Source of the DNA: Phoronis australis
Taxonomy: Eukaryota; Animalia; Phoronida
Length of the DNA stretch: 64,000 nucleotides
Reading direction: 5' to 3'
Assembly: GCA_002633005.1 (NCBI GenBank)
Contig: NMRA01000008.1
Span: 1,586,567 to 1,650,566 of the forward strand
Part shown: piece after piece, positions 47,801-59,330 of the stretch
Layout: each line of letters begins with the position of its first letter
How positions within the stretch are numbered: position 1 is the stretch's first letter
Made by a program: the position numbers and the translations under genes
The notes under the pieces: model-generated
Told to the model about the DNA's origin: nothing
Databases searched by the model: none
The model's input: only the letters and a program-made list of their open reading frames with translations

Positions 47801-50800
47801 AATCCTATTAATCACAAACGACGACCACACCTTTACTTTCAGCAAAGTAGTTTTTGAGTCGCCAAGAAATTCTCAAATCCTCTACTTGTTTCTGGGGCTA
47901 CGTGCACGACATACGGGTTGTCTGTCACATGTTGTTGCAACCGTAAAGTGTATGCCTACTGCGGCGATTCAAGTGCCTGAACTCACATGGGCGCACCACT
48001 CCAAAGCTGCACATCAAAAGACAACAGCGACAGTCCTTAATGAAAAAGTATTATATACAGGCTTGGCTCTGTTAAGCACTCGTGTGCCAATTTATTTGAC
48101 AATGAACTTAATAGATTCCCGGCGGTTAAGAAAGACCCGATGTTTTACGATATTCCACGGGACCGATGTAGCCCAGAACTGATATTTTCCTGTTCTGATG
48201 TTCCCCGAGTCGATGTTCCCTATAGCCCTGATGATCTATGCCCATACCCAGATGTTCCCGCTGAATGAGTAGATGCTAAATTGTGTGCCTACTCCCTGCT
48301 TTTGAAGTGTTTCATAATAAGCGCTCACTGCTCTACTAAGTGTCCCCCCTCAACTTTCGAGAATTTCTTGTTAAGCGTTAAGTTCGGGCTAGTGCCCATC
48401 ATAGCGCACCACAAACGACCGCACGTGGTTTGAAATTGACACGCAGCCTATATATAGGGAGTCACTCTCATTTTACACAACAAATTCAGTCTTGAAAGAA
48501 AACGTCTTCTCAATATGTAAAAACGAACCCCGGTTTTGTTTTATACCTCCAAAAGAAAGTAAGACTAGTGACGAGAGTCGTTTTGTGACTGACCTATTTT
48601 TCCCGTACATGGAAGGTATTAAGGAGCAAACTTGAATTACCTGATGGATACTGCACGGATTCGGGAATTATTTCGAGGCTTTTCATTTAGTGGAAAACTA
48701 ATTGTTGAGTACTTAAACAGCATAAGTCCAGCATTTTTGTAGTGATTTGTACCAGCGCATCCGCATACATCATTCATCTATTAGGCCAACGTTTCACAGA
48801 TTTTTTTCAACAGGATGTTTTTCAAACGTCATGTTAAGTTGCAAATTTTGGGCTGCGAATAAAAAATGGAGGGAGTTTGCACTCGGAGTTAGTTTGGATC
48901 CTTGATGCCATTGATGAGTCATATAGCAGGTCAGACCTAGCAAAATCGCGGATGCTTTTTCAATGAGTCCCTTTTCACATTACAAACTTAGCTAGCTCAA
49001 ATGAACGCGTCGGTTAGACAGAACTGATTCAACTTTCACGTCGGCAACAGCTTTTGAATGTCGGTTGTGAAGAACAGTGATGCTGTACCTGCATGTAAGA
49101 ACTCAATTTTGCGACCACAAATTTGTGAGTATTTAACGCCGAAGGTAAGAGCATAATATAAACATTTTCACAATGATTTAAAAAAGTTATTTTGGTGCGT
49201 AAAAATTTTGCAACCTGGAATTTATGAATGTGACCTGGCGATTTTCATAGCGTCGAGCCCTGATTACCATTATTAATGGATGATCCAAGGCTGCTGTTTT
49301 TTCCCTCACTCAACAGGGGTCCTGATGTCAACTCTCTGGTGTTTTCCCCGAGTTTATAAATTTATTCATGAGATATTTCCAGGTTAATTTTGGTTTCTCA
49401 TACTAACTCTCACCTGACGATCAGAAACACTGCAGGCGGGTGTTTCAAGGACTGACCTTGCCCGATTTTTGCCAAATAATTTTGACTTCGGTCTGTTTAC
49501 TTCCTATTGTAATTTGAGCACATATTTATGCACCCAGTCCCTTTGTTAGCTCTACATATGAACTTATGTTTCAGAAAAAAGTGATGAGCATAACTATCTG
49601 GGGAGTGGGGAATGTGTAATTTCAAGACCTATATAAAATTTACTCACATCTCATCCAAGTTGTATTTTGACTTCATAGCTGACTCGCTAGGGTGAAGCGT
49701 TTTAAGCACCAAATCTTTGGGCGCTGTATGTCACATTAGGAATAATGGCACTTGACAGATCCAGCTTTTCACGGACGGGGCCCAAGTAAAGTGATAGGTT
49801 ATGAAGAGGATTCTATATATCACAAACATTGCGCAAATAACAGGAAAAAATGAAATTAATGTCAAGATCTCTACGCCCAGCGGTTTACAGAAATGAAAAA
49901 ATAAGAAATTATATTCCACAAATGAACCAAAGACCAGTCTAGTTAGTCAGTAGTCGTCTGCATGGAATGGATGAATAAATCATCTGCTGCTGCCATTTAA
50001 CACCAATCCAACTGATTTGCATAGAGCAACAATATAATAAACGATATTAACGGAAGTTTCATTAAAAAAGTTTGATAATCAGGTCTAAACAGATTCAAAT
50101 TTTTTTGTTCAATGCACATGCATAGAGCTAGAGCCGAGAAATTCAATTTTAATGAGTAGTCTGAAGCCCTGTCCTGGCTTGTCCGCTTCCTAACGCGACT
50201 TTAAGTGGAGATTGTAATACATTAGAATGATACAAAACTTTTCATACACCGAGATCACACAATGACACAGGCGACGCCGGGCTCTGAATCCGCTGAGACC
50301 ACTCACCACCACACTCCTTTTGAAATCCAGGGGAAGCATTGATGTCACAACAAACTATCGGAATCGGTTTCATTTCGTTAATTATAACTTCTAAGAATTT
50401 TAATACCCGCAAACCCAATTTCAGAATTAACTTTGCTGCTGCGAAGCTGTCATCTCGTGAGAGATTTCGCAAAAAAATAGGAAATGGTGCATCCGAGTGA
50501 CACGAGAGTATTGCTTTCAAAATGATAAGACTTTTCTTTGTTACAAAGGCGGAGAATTATGCAAGAAAATATCATTTATTAGATTGTTTTTAACTTGAAC
50601 AGCTGTAACGGGAAAGATGAGTATCCGATGACTCCCAGATTTTGCATCCAACCCCGCCAGACGTTAGCTCTACATGTTGATATTAGTTTCATGAGTTGAT
50701 CAGCAGAAATAACCAGGCAGTGTGAAATTTCGAGGTCTATTGGAGGTTAACACATCAAATAGTCATTCCTAGCTGTATTTTGACAGTAGTCTTCATACAG

Positions 50801-52470
50801 CTGACTGGCTACCTGAAGTTACACTAGCCTTGGGCCAAAGCTGTATAAGTATACAGTTTTGCGCCCATGTGTGTAAACAACTGACAAGATAAAATCTGAC
50901 ACAAAATTGGGGTCATTAAAAACCACACTCTTCCTAGAGTAAACTAATTATTAAGAGATGTTGAAAATATTGGCGTTCTACCCTTATTATGCTGATAAAG
51001 TTGTGGAGTGATCTTTTGCGTTGGGTTTTGGCGCCATGAAATATTGTGTCGCCTATTGGTCAGTTTCTTTTTTCAGATTTTTCAATCAACTGTTCTTTCA
51101 CTAGGTAGCACAACAAATTATCGGAACTGGTGTCACTTCATTATAAGTTTTTAGAATTTTGATAACAGCAAACCGAATTTCAGAAGAAACTTTGCTGCTG
51201 CCAAGCTATCATCATCTCCCAAGAGATGTCGCAAAAATTTAGGAAATGGCGCATGCGTGTGCCACGAGCATACTGTTTTCGAAGCGGTGACATAACTTTT
51301 CTTTGTTACAAAAGGCAGAGGATTACGCAAAAAAATGACGTTAAATAGATTGTTTTTCACTTAAACGGCTGTAACAGGCAAGGTGAGTGTCCGTTGATTC
51401 CCAGATTTTGCATGCACCCCGTCCAGTCTTTAGCTTTGCATGTTGATACAAGTTTCACAGCGAGGTGACAAGCAGAACTACCCTGGCTGTGCGCAATTTC
51501 GGGGTCTATGGAAGATTAAAACACAGCGCCAGCGGTACCTAGCTGTATTTTAACAATAGTCTTCAATGCAGGTAGTGGCCACAGGCGTCCTCAGCTTCTG
51601 ATCGTCCCCATATACACTTCATATAATACTACAAGGTATGACACTCGGGACTAGAAATTCCACGGGTGCTTCGATTCAGCCGTCCATATCAAACACATAA
51701 CTCAAAAAATTTACTCAAAACAGAGGTTCAACAAACCATGAGCAATTGTTCTTTCTTATAATACCATTCACGGTGTCCTGCTCCAGCGAGTTTGCAAGAA
51801 ATTCGCAATCAAAGCACAAAAATGTTCCCAAAAAACCCAAACACACCTCGCACTTTGATGGTTCGAGGTCAAGGACGGTACGGAAATTACTGATGAGTTA
51901 CGGATGGACGGCTAAGTGTAGATAGTGACTTTACGCGACAAACCGTTAATTTCCGTACCGTCCTTGCCCTCGAACCGTCAAAGTGCGAGGTGTGTTTGGG
52001 CTTTTTGGGAACATTTTTGTGCTTTGACTGTGACTTTCTTGCGAACTCGCTGGAGCAGGACACCGCATGAATGGTATTACATTATAACAAAGAACGATAG
52101 CTCATGGTTTGTTGAACCCGTTTTGAGTAAATTTATTGAGTTATGTGTTTGATATGGACGGCTAAATCGAAGCACCCATGGAATTTCTAGTCCCGAGTGT
52201 CATACCTTGTAGTGTATATATGACCATATGGGGACGATCAGAACTTAGCTGAGGACGCCTGTGCTAGTGCCAGTGTAGTGGCTAGCAGTCAAGCAACATT
52301 CCCACACTCTTACTGACTCTGTTCACTGAATAAGGACATTTGGCACCCACTTAGAGTAAATGAATAGAAAAAAATTAACATCTAACAAACCTTTTTACAG
52401 AACCATCACCACAGCTATCGCCAAGAACGTCGCTTGAAGCCAACTTGTAAAGGTGGCTTTTCGCCGCCAT
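28880..52470 (-). CDS. HAUS8: HAUS augmin-like complex subunit 8 (HICE1), spliced CDS
   Basis: Minus-strand exons 5'->3': 52470-52391 (caaacATGGCG start), 44842-44783, 43652-43565, 41587-41418, 40458-40301, 39319-39242, 38072-37992, 37249-37154, 35976-35918, 35192-34959, 33830-33720, (33386-33381), 32960-32838, 31965-31846, 29953-29812, 29486-29336, 28961-28880 (TAA); all phases are compatible. KKKKVKAGRFVQSRYMQ and QYSVLARALDTTRHSMP match HAUS8 motifs I recall (human GRVIESRYLQ and QYRTFATALDTTRHELP). Exons 5' of 41587 are less certain. Confidence 0.85.
31058..31296 (+). mobile_element. tRNA-derived SINE, copy 1, with 14-bp target-site duplication
   Basis: Pol III A-box-like TGGCCTGTTTG and B box GGTTCGAGTCC, T-rich tail; exact TSD TTTGGTGAATGTAG at 31044-31057 and 31297-31310. 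Confidence 0.9.
41794..41838. repeat. (TTA)n microsatellite
   Basis: Direct reading. (GT)n tracts also occur at about 13776-13808 and 53231-53270. Confidence 0.9.
42061..42417. mobile_element. PIF/Harbinger-like MITE
   Basis: TIR GGCCCG(C/G)GGTCTAATCTTT at both ends with a 3-bp TSD CAG (42058-42060 and 42418-42420). Confidence 0.75.
43174..43562. repeat. Intronic inverted repeat (about 130-bp arms) abutting a HAUS8 splice donor
   Basis: 43174-43302 is a reverse-complement match to 43428-43562, including the perfect pair ggctaataggtggcgtt/aacgccacctattagcc. Confidence 0.85.
44100..44500 (+). pseudogene. Possible highly decayed reverse transcriptase fragment
   Basis: Translation ...KIRQMEIRIFNYLLFYANNITLV resembles the LINE RT INYLLFADD region; many stops. 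Confidence 0.3.
44964..45394. mobile_element. MITE with about 55-bp TIRs (Harbinger-like)
   Basis: gttgcatgaaacagcctcaaatagggactcgactaagttccctaa versus ttagggagctaagttgagtccctattgggactgtttcatacagc. Confidence 0.7.
45627..45798. repeat. 59-bp minisatellite, about 2.9 near-identical copies
   Basis: Unit gcatacatactgtgcaactgtttagaatgaatgcttcacgcctaagtgcattgtgtggt starts at 45627, 45686 and 45745. Confidence 0.95.
46637..46877 (+). mobile_element. tRNA-derived SINE, copy 2 (diverged)
   Basis: Colinear with 31058-31296 (tgtggcctagtg, gggttcgggtc, cccttgagc, gatcagtgcaatg, gcacgtctggt); ATGTTTTTA-like flanks. Confidence 0.85.
50345..51579. repeat. Diverged direct duplication (about 460 bp x2; partial third copy near 49540-49690)
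   Basis: 50345-50810 aligns colinearly with 51109-51579 (aactttgctgctg, cttttctttgttacaaa, tcccagattttgcat, cctagctgtatttt). Confidence 0.85.
51580..52263. mobile_element. Foldback element / long-TIR MITE (about 310-bp arms, about 57-bp loop)
   Basis: 51580-51889 is a close reverse complement of 51947-52263; termini CACAGGCGTCCTCAGC...GCTGAGGACGCCTGTG. Confidence 0.9.
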
Positions 52471-52486
52471 GTTTGTTGATTAGAAG

Positions 52487-52506
52487 TTCCCGCGCAAGTA
52501 TTCAAA
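52487..52506 (-). promoter_or_regulatory. E2F-type site plus CHR element just upstream of the HAUS8 start codon
   Basis: TTCCCGCGC (52487-52495) next to TTCAAA (52501-52506, i.e. TTTGAA on the minus strand), 17-36 nt upstream of the ATG. This resembles DREAM/MuvB-regulated cell-cycle promoters. Confidence 0.6.
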
Positions 52507-55500
52507 CAATTAGTTCTTACTTGACCAAATTATTATAATTTAAATTTAAAATAATTTGACATGATTAGCATAAATTATAAAGAAAATAAAATATAATTGT
52601 TTTTATGACATAAAAAGCTAAATAATCTCAAAATATTCATTCTAGATGAAGGAAATAAAATGTACTCATGAGGCTTATGAAGGATGAGGTCAAAGGTGTC
52701 CTAATGACGTCACAACTAGAGCTTCGCTGTTCAAAGGCGACGATATTTCGTCCGTGCGTCTGCAAGTTAATTGGCCCCGGCATTCTCTGAGTGGTGGTAT
52801 TTGCAGTTGTCTTCATTGCACGGCAGCATATCAAGAGGAAGTGCCGCTCAGGGTCATTTTTCATTGACTACAAATTGACTAATTAACTCCTTACGCTTGG
52901 AAATGTTTTCGCTGCAGACCTATAGTGAAAAGTGCTTTTTAAAATTAATCAAGGGAAAGAGGCGAAAGCCGGCGTGACTCGATTTTTTTCAGTATATTAA
53001 TGGTGCGAATTGGTCTCCTCAAGTTGACGAGCTGCCACTGGCGGATTATGCGCCGCTCTCTCCGACAGCACGGCATGCATCATACTGCGCATGGGCCGCA
53101 TGGCGGTCCGCCGTCCCGGCAGCGGCTTAGTTGGCTACCGGCCGCCGACAAAAGTATATAGCAAACTTCATGACACGGAAATAATTTTTGGCATTTATTG
53201 TGTTGCGGTTAATCTTGGACGTTTAATTTTGTGTGAGTGCGCGTGCGTGTGTGTGTGTGTGTGCGTGCGTGCCTTGTGCTTGAGTGCGTGCGTGACTCGC
53301 CGATCGGGGGGACTTAATTATTGTCATTCCAAAGTCAGTCACAACCGTCGAAAAGCTGTAATTAAGTGGAAGATATGTCTAGGATAACCAACCAACCTTA
53401 TTTTAGCTCAAAATGGCATGGAAAAGGGTTGCCTTCGCCTTTAATGAAGTATGAGACTTACCCCGGCCCTGATGCACCCGTTAATTCAGTACTCACAGCC
53501 GTTATCAGGGGCGGGTATACAGGCAAGGGCAGTACGCTGGAGTGAAATCACGGTTAGACCCTGATTCGGGAGGCATTCTACTCACACTTCCATGCGAGAG
53601 CCGAGTCATGCTTTGGGGAACTCTAGCTGGAGTAACACTTTTCAAGTGCGCTGGCTACCAATAGGTCAGGCCTATAGCGCTATATAACATGTAGCCGCGG
53701 GCTCCAGTGACAGCCAGAGCTGAACCATATATGGTATTGCATTATGTGCCATGTGCGCACCCAGCCTTTAGTTTGTGGGGGCTCGAGTTTCTGGCCAAGT
53801 GGACCTTTTGTCAACAAAAAAGCTGGAGGACTAAAAAAAACGGGGTACCACCTTCAGTACTGTGAACTGTGCGTCTGCGCCTTTTTAGAGGACTTTTGTC
53901 CGTTCCATGGTTTCCTAGTCGGACATTTTTGTTTCTCTGAGGCGGACCTGTATCGGTTTTGCCCACTTCGCCAAATGTCCTCACCCCTGGGTGCGAGCAT
54001 GATATCCCTTAAAACTAGTGACTAAGTTCTACAACTCATCAATCGGAGTCTAGCCTAAAAAGTAGCGACTGCTGGTGGTCTGATGCATTCCGTCAGACGC
54101 CGTACACAGGCTCAGTCCGGCCCAATGCACCAAACACGTGAAACCATGCAGATTCATTTATCAATAGACACATAACACCTATAGATATAAAATACACAAA
54201 TCTGCAGACAGAGATGAGGAGCTAGAGACCTGGATCATATATAAGAGTCTAACAGTGAGGCCCAGGGTGATACCAGCCTACTACTGACGACCTCGTGAAC
54301 AGGACTCTAACGCAGATATGCACTATGCCACACTGCCTTGTTCCAAAACTTCGGCAAAAGATTTTTTTTCTAATATTTCCAATATTTGATACTTTTCTAA
54401 ATTGTGGTTGCGGCAAAGACGAAGTCGTTGTGGACAACTGAACATTCCACCTTTCCTGTGTTTCTGCCTGTCTTCGTCAAAGAGACAACTCCGCAGGTCG
54501 AGTACCCCCGGGCCGGCAACTAACTCAATCATGCATCTCGACAAGCGCTCAGCATCAGATATTTTCAAATAAAACAGTTGCCTCAGCGTTCATCTTTTAA
54601 AGCGGCTATGAATCCGTGCCCGCGTGGAAGACACAAAATCTTGATTTAGCCCACGAAAGTGACATCAGCTTGTTCTTTGCTTAGATGAGAAGTGATTTTT
54701 TGGTATCGGACAACTGACAGTTCGCTATTTCTTGAAACCATCATCAGTAAATAAAGTGACACGCACGATGACTTAGGAGCCAGGTGTCAATATTGACAGC
54801 AACGAGCCACCTGGTGTGCGTTCAGTAGACGCTAGCACCTACGCTAGGACCTAGCTAAAACCTAGTCAAAGTCACGTGCTCTCATTCATAATGCACGGCA
54901 ATATCTCACGTAATCTCGCGAAGTCTTGCTTTTTAGCGAGGTCCTAGAGTTACTGAACGGGAGGCTGTTTTTTCTAAGCTGAAAATCACTTCTATTTGGA
55001 CTAATAAACAATTTGATATCATTATGTTCTTGATAAATAAAACTATATTTTGGAGGCAGTATGGTTTATAGCAGCCAGTGTGGCAGACCAATTTTTACGG
55101 AAATATGATGACATATTTACAAAGGGTTGCGTTTTGCAGGATGTTATCGAGAGTTAACAGGTATCGTTTATCTAAAATCAATTCCCAGCTTGCCGAGCAG
55201 ACAATCGAATGTCAATTGCTATCTGGGTTCTGGATTACGAGGATTTTTTCCCACAATTATGTACTCTGTATAAATAGTTTATGTAGCCTTTCATAATACA
55301 CTAAGTCGATATTGTTTACTAAGTGCATCTTCAAGTGACAAGAGTGAGACTCGTAATAGCCGAACGTAAACAAGTAGACTGACGTTTTACTGACACTATG
55401 TGTATAGTAGTCATTGATTATTTTGAGATATCAAACCATGGCAAGGAGCCTTTAACAAGGTTAAGGAGCCGCTTGCATGAAAGTCACCTATATCTAGCTA

Positions 55501-55859
55501 GTCAAAAATAAACAAAAATAAGTTAAGTATTGGTTTCAGCAATTTATCTCAATAAATCAGCGAAAAAGCAACCTGTTTCTAATATTACCAAAACGATTAC
55601 ATATCTATGTAATATGTGTACATGTATACGAGACAAATATCTAAGTATTACAACATAAACTATCAGTATAACAATTGGAGAAACTACAAATAAGGTATTG
55701 ATAAGAATGATATAAACTTAAACATGTTTGGCACCACAAAGGAAAAAAGACTGAAAAACGTTGTGCATAATATATTATGCTACAAGAACAACTACAATAC
55801 AAAAAGAAAAAAACTAAAAATAAAATATGGCTAGGCAGACGTAACTGTATAGGCCTAGT

Positions 55860-58800
55860 TAAAATTCATTATACATCGCAAGGAAACAAGAACCAGCGGA
55901 TATAGGTGAGACACATCTCTGTAAAACTTTAATGATGCCAAGATGCACAGGATCTGCAGTTTGATATTGCGCACTTCTCTGAATAGTTTTGCAACGGGTG
56001 AGTTTTTGCAACTGAGGAGAACGTGTGAAATGAGTGAGTAAATATCTATTTAATTGTGTTTTTGAAATACTGTAACAGTTAATAAGTTCTGGAAGAAAGT
56101 TACGTGGGCACTTGGCTTTAGTGAGCGGTATTGGTAATAATGGGTTGAGCTGTGGAAGTGTCACATGGCGACGTATTTTAAGGGGACATTTCTTTGTCGT
56201 TTGGATAAATAAAGATTGATTTCATCAGGAAAATCTGAGAAAACTGGGTGTGAGAGCTTATTGAAAACTTGTACAAAAATTAGGCATTAAGTGTGAAAAA
56301 TGCTGTTTAAGGAAAGAAGATTCAGTGACCAAATAACGGATCAGTATGAGCTAGGAAGTGTGATGAGATAATATTTAGAACAGCACGTTTCTGTAATACT
56401 TGTCGGTGGCAGTTGTGGAAACATCAGAATGTTATAGCTTAAGAAAAGTGAGGTTAAAATGCGTGCTTTATAAGTCTGAAGAAGAACATGTTGAGGAAAC
56501 GTTCCTTTTAAGTTGTTCAGTACACCATATGTTTTAGCAGTCTTGTTTGCCACCTCTTGTATATTTTTTTCCAACATAAGTGTCTGTTAAGAAGTAATCC
56601 CAAAAACTTTAATGTTTCGACATATGTGATTGGCTTTCACAAGATTTGTAGACAAGGAATGTCACGGTTGCTCTTTGAGATGTTTTTGAGGAAAGCTTAA
56701 CAATATGTATTTTGTTTTTGAAGAGTTAAGTGAGAGCTATCAGCTAGGCATTTAGACGTGAAAGTTCACTGTTCATGAAAGATGCTGAGGCATCTGTAGA
56801 GGAGGATTTTATACTAAGAGGGGTGATAAGGCATGTGTCATCTGCATACATTAGTAAATCACGAGAAGTGGACAGACGTAAGTCATTTACGTAAACTAGA
56901 AAAAGTAATGTCCCAGTATGGAACCTTGTGGAACACCAGTAGTATTGACAAATAACTTGTGAACCATTGTATTTCATTGTTGCGAATAGTGTAGTATTTT
57001 AACTTTTGTAGCAGAATTATGTGGTCAACGGTGGCGAATGCCTTTGAGAGATCGATAAATATTGTCAAAGAATTTTGACCTTTGGTTAAAAAATCATGTA
57101 TTTTGTCGATAGGTTCAAGAGCAGCAAGCTCAGTAGAAAAATTCGCACAAAAACCATATTGATGCTTGTAGAAAATTTTATTTTTATTTAGAATTGTTTA
57201 TGACTGCTCATGCACCTTTTCTCAAATAATTTAGAAATGGAGAGGAATATCGATATTGAACAAAAGCTGGTCTAGGACAGAATCCTCTAGAGCATTTCCT
57301 TTGAAGACTGGAATTAACCTTGAAAGTTCAAGTTGATTTGGAAAGACGCCATGCATAAGCGATTGATTAATAAGAAAAATGAGGGCAGGTGGACGTTTAT
57401 CAGTACAAAGTTTTTTGAGTGCTGTTGATGTATTGTCATGTCCCGTGCTTGTGGTGTGTTTTAAAGATTTAATTGTACTTTTTACTTTTTGTTCATCAAT
57501 GTGTACAAACTTGAAGAGATGAGGCGATGGAACATTTACTGAAAAATTCGTTGAATGACGTATCTGTCTGCGATAGTTGGGAAACACATTTTGATCCAAT
57601 ATTAATGAAGAAGCCATTCATTAGCAGTGCCAAGTTTGTTGAAGCATGTGCTGCCTGTTTGAGATTTAATAATGGAAGGTGCTTTAACATCAAAGTTACT
57701 AAGAAAAGACTGCCATGTTTTGCTTATTTCGTTTTTAAATTTGGTGAATTCTTTATAATACATCTGCTAAACAGCAGATGTTATTGTGGTTTTCAGTAAT
57801 TTGCTGCATGATTTCAAATTATTCCATATTGCGCCATAGTTATGACTATGTTTAGGTGTGGAGGTAAGTTTTTTTCACGTTTTTAAATGTTATTGATTTC
57901 AGAGTGCCACTAGTTATGCATGCATTTAGTTCATGTTTGTATTTGTTGATATTTTTTGGCCTTGGAGGGGAATTGTTTGATGATTTAATCAGTTAAAGTT
58001 TGAGAGAAAATGTTGTAACCTGTGTTAACGTCATTATCCTTATTGAGTATGGGTTGGTCTTAGAAGTCATATGTTGACCGTTCATTCAATGGATTTTGTG
58101 TCTTATGTGTCTGGGTACTCGCAGTTTGTGCTTTGTTTTCGTGTCAATTACAATGAACGTGGGGCAGTGGCCAGATAGACACGATAGTAGAATTCCAGCG
58201 TGAGACTGTTCCAGCATACAGGAAAAAATACAATAAATGTGGTCAATAAGTGGAACAAAGTAATTAGCAAATCTAGTGGGAAGAGTAATTTTAGGAAGAT
58301 AACCGTGACCAATCATTACACCAAAAAATTCATGAAGTTTCATGTTGGGGTTTAAGTTTATAATGTTGAAGTTAATTCTCCCAAGATAACCATTTCTTTG
58401 TTGTATATGAATATAAAATAATTGCAGGCGGTCTGATACACGTTGTACCAGACGTGCGCAGCCTCGCATGTGGGCCCATTGCACTGATCACCTGGACATA
58501 TTTTTATGCTTTATTAATATGTGGTTAAAACCGAGATGAGGAGCTAGAAACCTGGCTCAAGGGTTTAGCAGTGTGACATGGTGGGACTCGAACCCACGAC
58601 CTCGAGTAAAGAAAGCGGGCACTTATCAACCAGGCCACACTGCCTCTCTTTCTTGTATGAGGACAGATTGATTAGTTCAAGAATATATTCACTGAGGAAT
58701 AGATCGGCGTGTCTGAATTCATTTGAGGACGGTCTATATACATTAACAGTAGTCATTGTTTTATCCTCTGGCGTTCTTACATGTACTGCTAATCCTTCCC

Positions 58801-59330
58801 ATGAAATAAAAGTGTTAAGTTTGATGACCTTTCTAATTTCCAAATAGTCTTTAACATATATGACGAGACCTCCGTGACGAGTCTCATGAGATGGCCCCGA
58901 AAGTTAGATGTATACGCATTGATTTTCGTTATCCGTAAAGGCAGGAAGTTATTCCTGTTAAAGGTCAGTTGCGATAATGAAAGAAACCGATACTGACACT
59001 TACCGCAAGCTTTTCCTTCAACAAGTTCTGTAAGTGTTAAAATACGTTGTTTCCCCTTTTTATTGGTGTTTGTTCCGGCGCATATCGTTTTTTCATTTTC
59101 ATAGCGACAGGGATTCCACTGCTTAAACATATGAATGAAAACAAGGGCTTACACGTCACTTGTTCAAATTTCCTGTATAGCGAATACTATACAAACAATC
59201 ATAATGAGTAGTCATATATAAAAAGTCAAAGTATCCTATGTTTATTGGCTTTTATTCATATATTATTTCAAGTTTCAGACAATAGTGTCGTGAATACCTG
59301 CCGTATACCCTCCAACACTAAGTGTCTCAG
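55860..59330 (-). mobile_element. Decayed non-LTR retrotransposon (CR1/L2-like clade), APE endonuclease + RT pseudogene
   Basis: Frameshifted motifs in order: FAIQE, GLAVHV, NVYRPS, ITLPTR..LIDHIY, LSGHCP (endonuclease); STGHDN, QYGF, IFIDLSKAFATVDHIILLQKL, VPQGS, LFLVYVNDL, LMYADDT (RT). Many stops and frameshifts; ends approximate. Confidence 0.88.
58415..58648 (-). mobile_element. tRNA-derived SINE, copy 3, nested in the LINE
   Basis: Close reverse complement of 31058-31296, interrupting the LINE endonuclease-coding region. Confidence 0.9.

Noticed and set aside
47730-48182. 150-aa + strand ORF
   Set aside because: No domain similarity that I recognise and no supporting exon structure.
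51580-51586. CACAG terminus as a RAG/Transib RSS-like heptamer
   Set aside because: CACAGGC differs from CACAGTG, and there is no nonamer, no 5-bp TSD and no transposase nearby.
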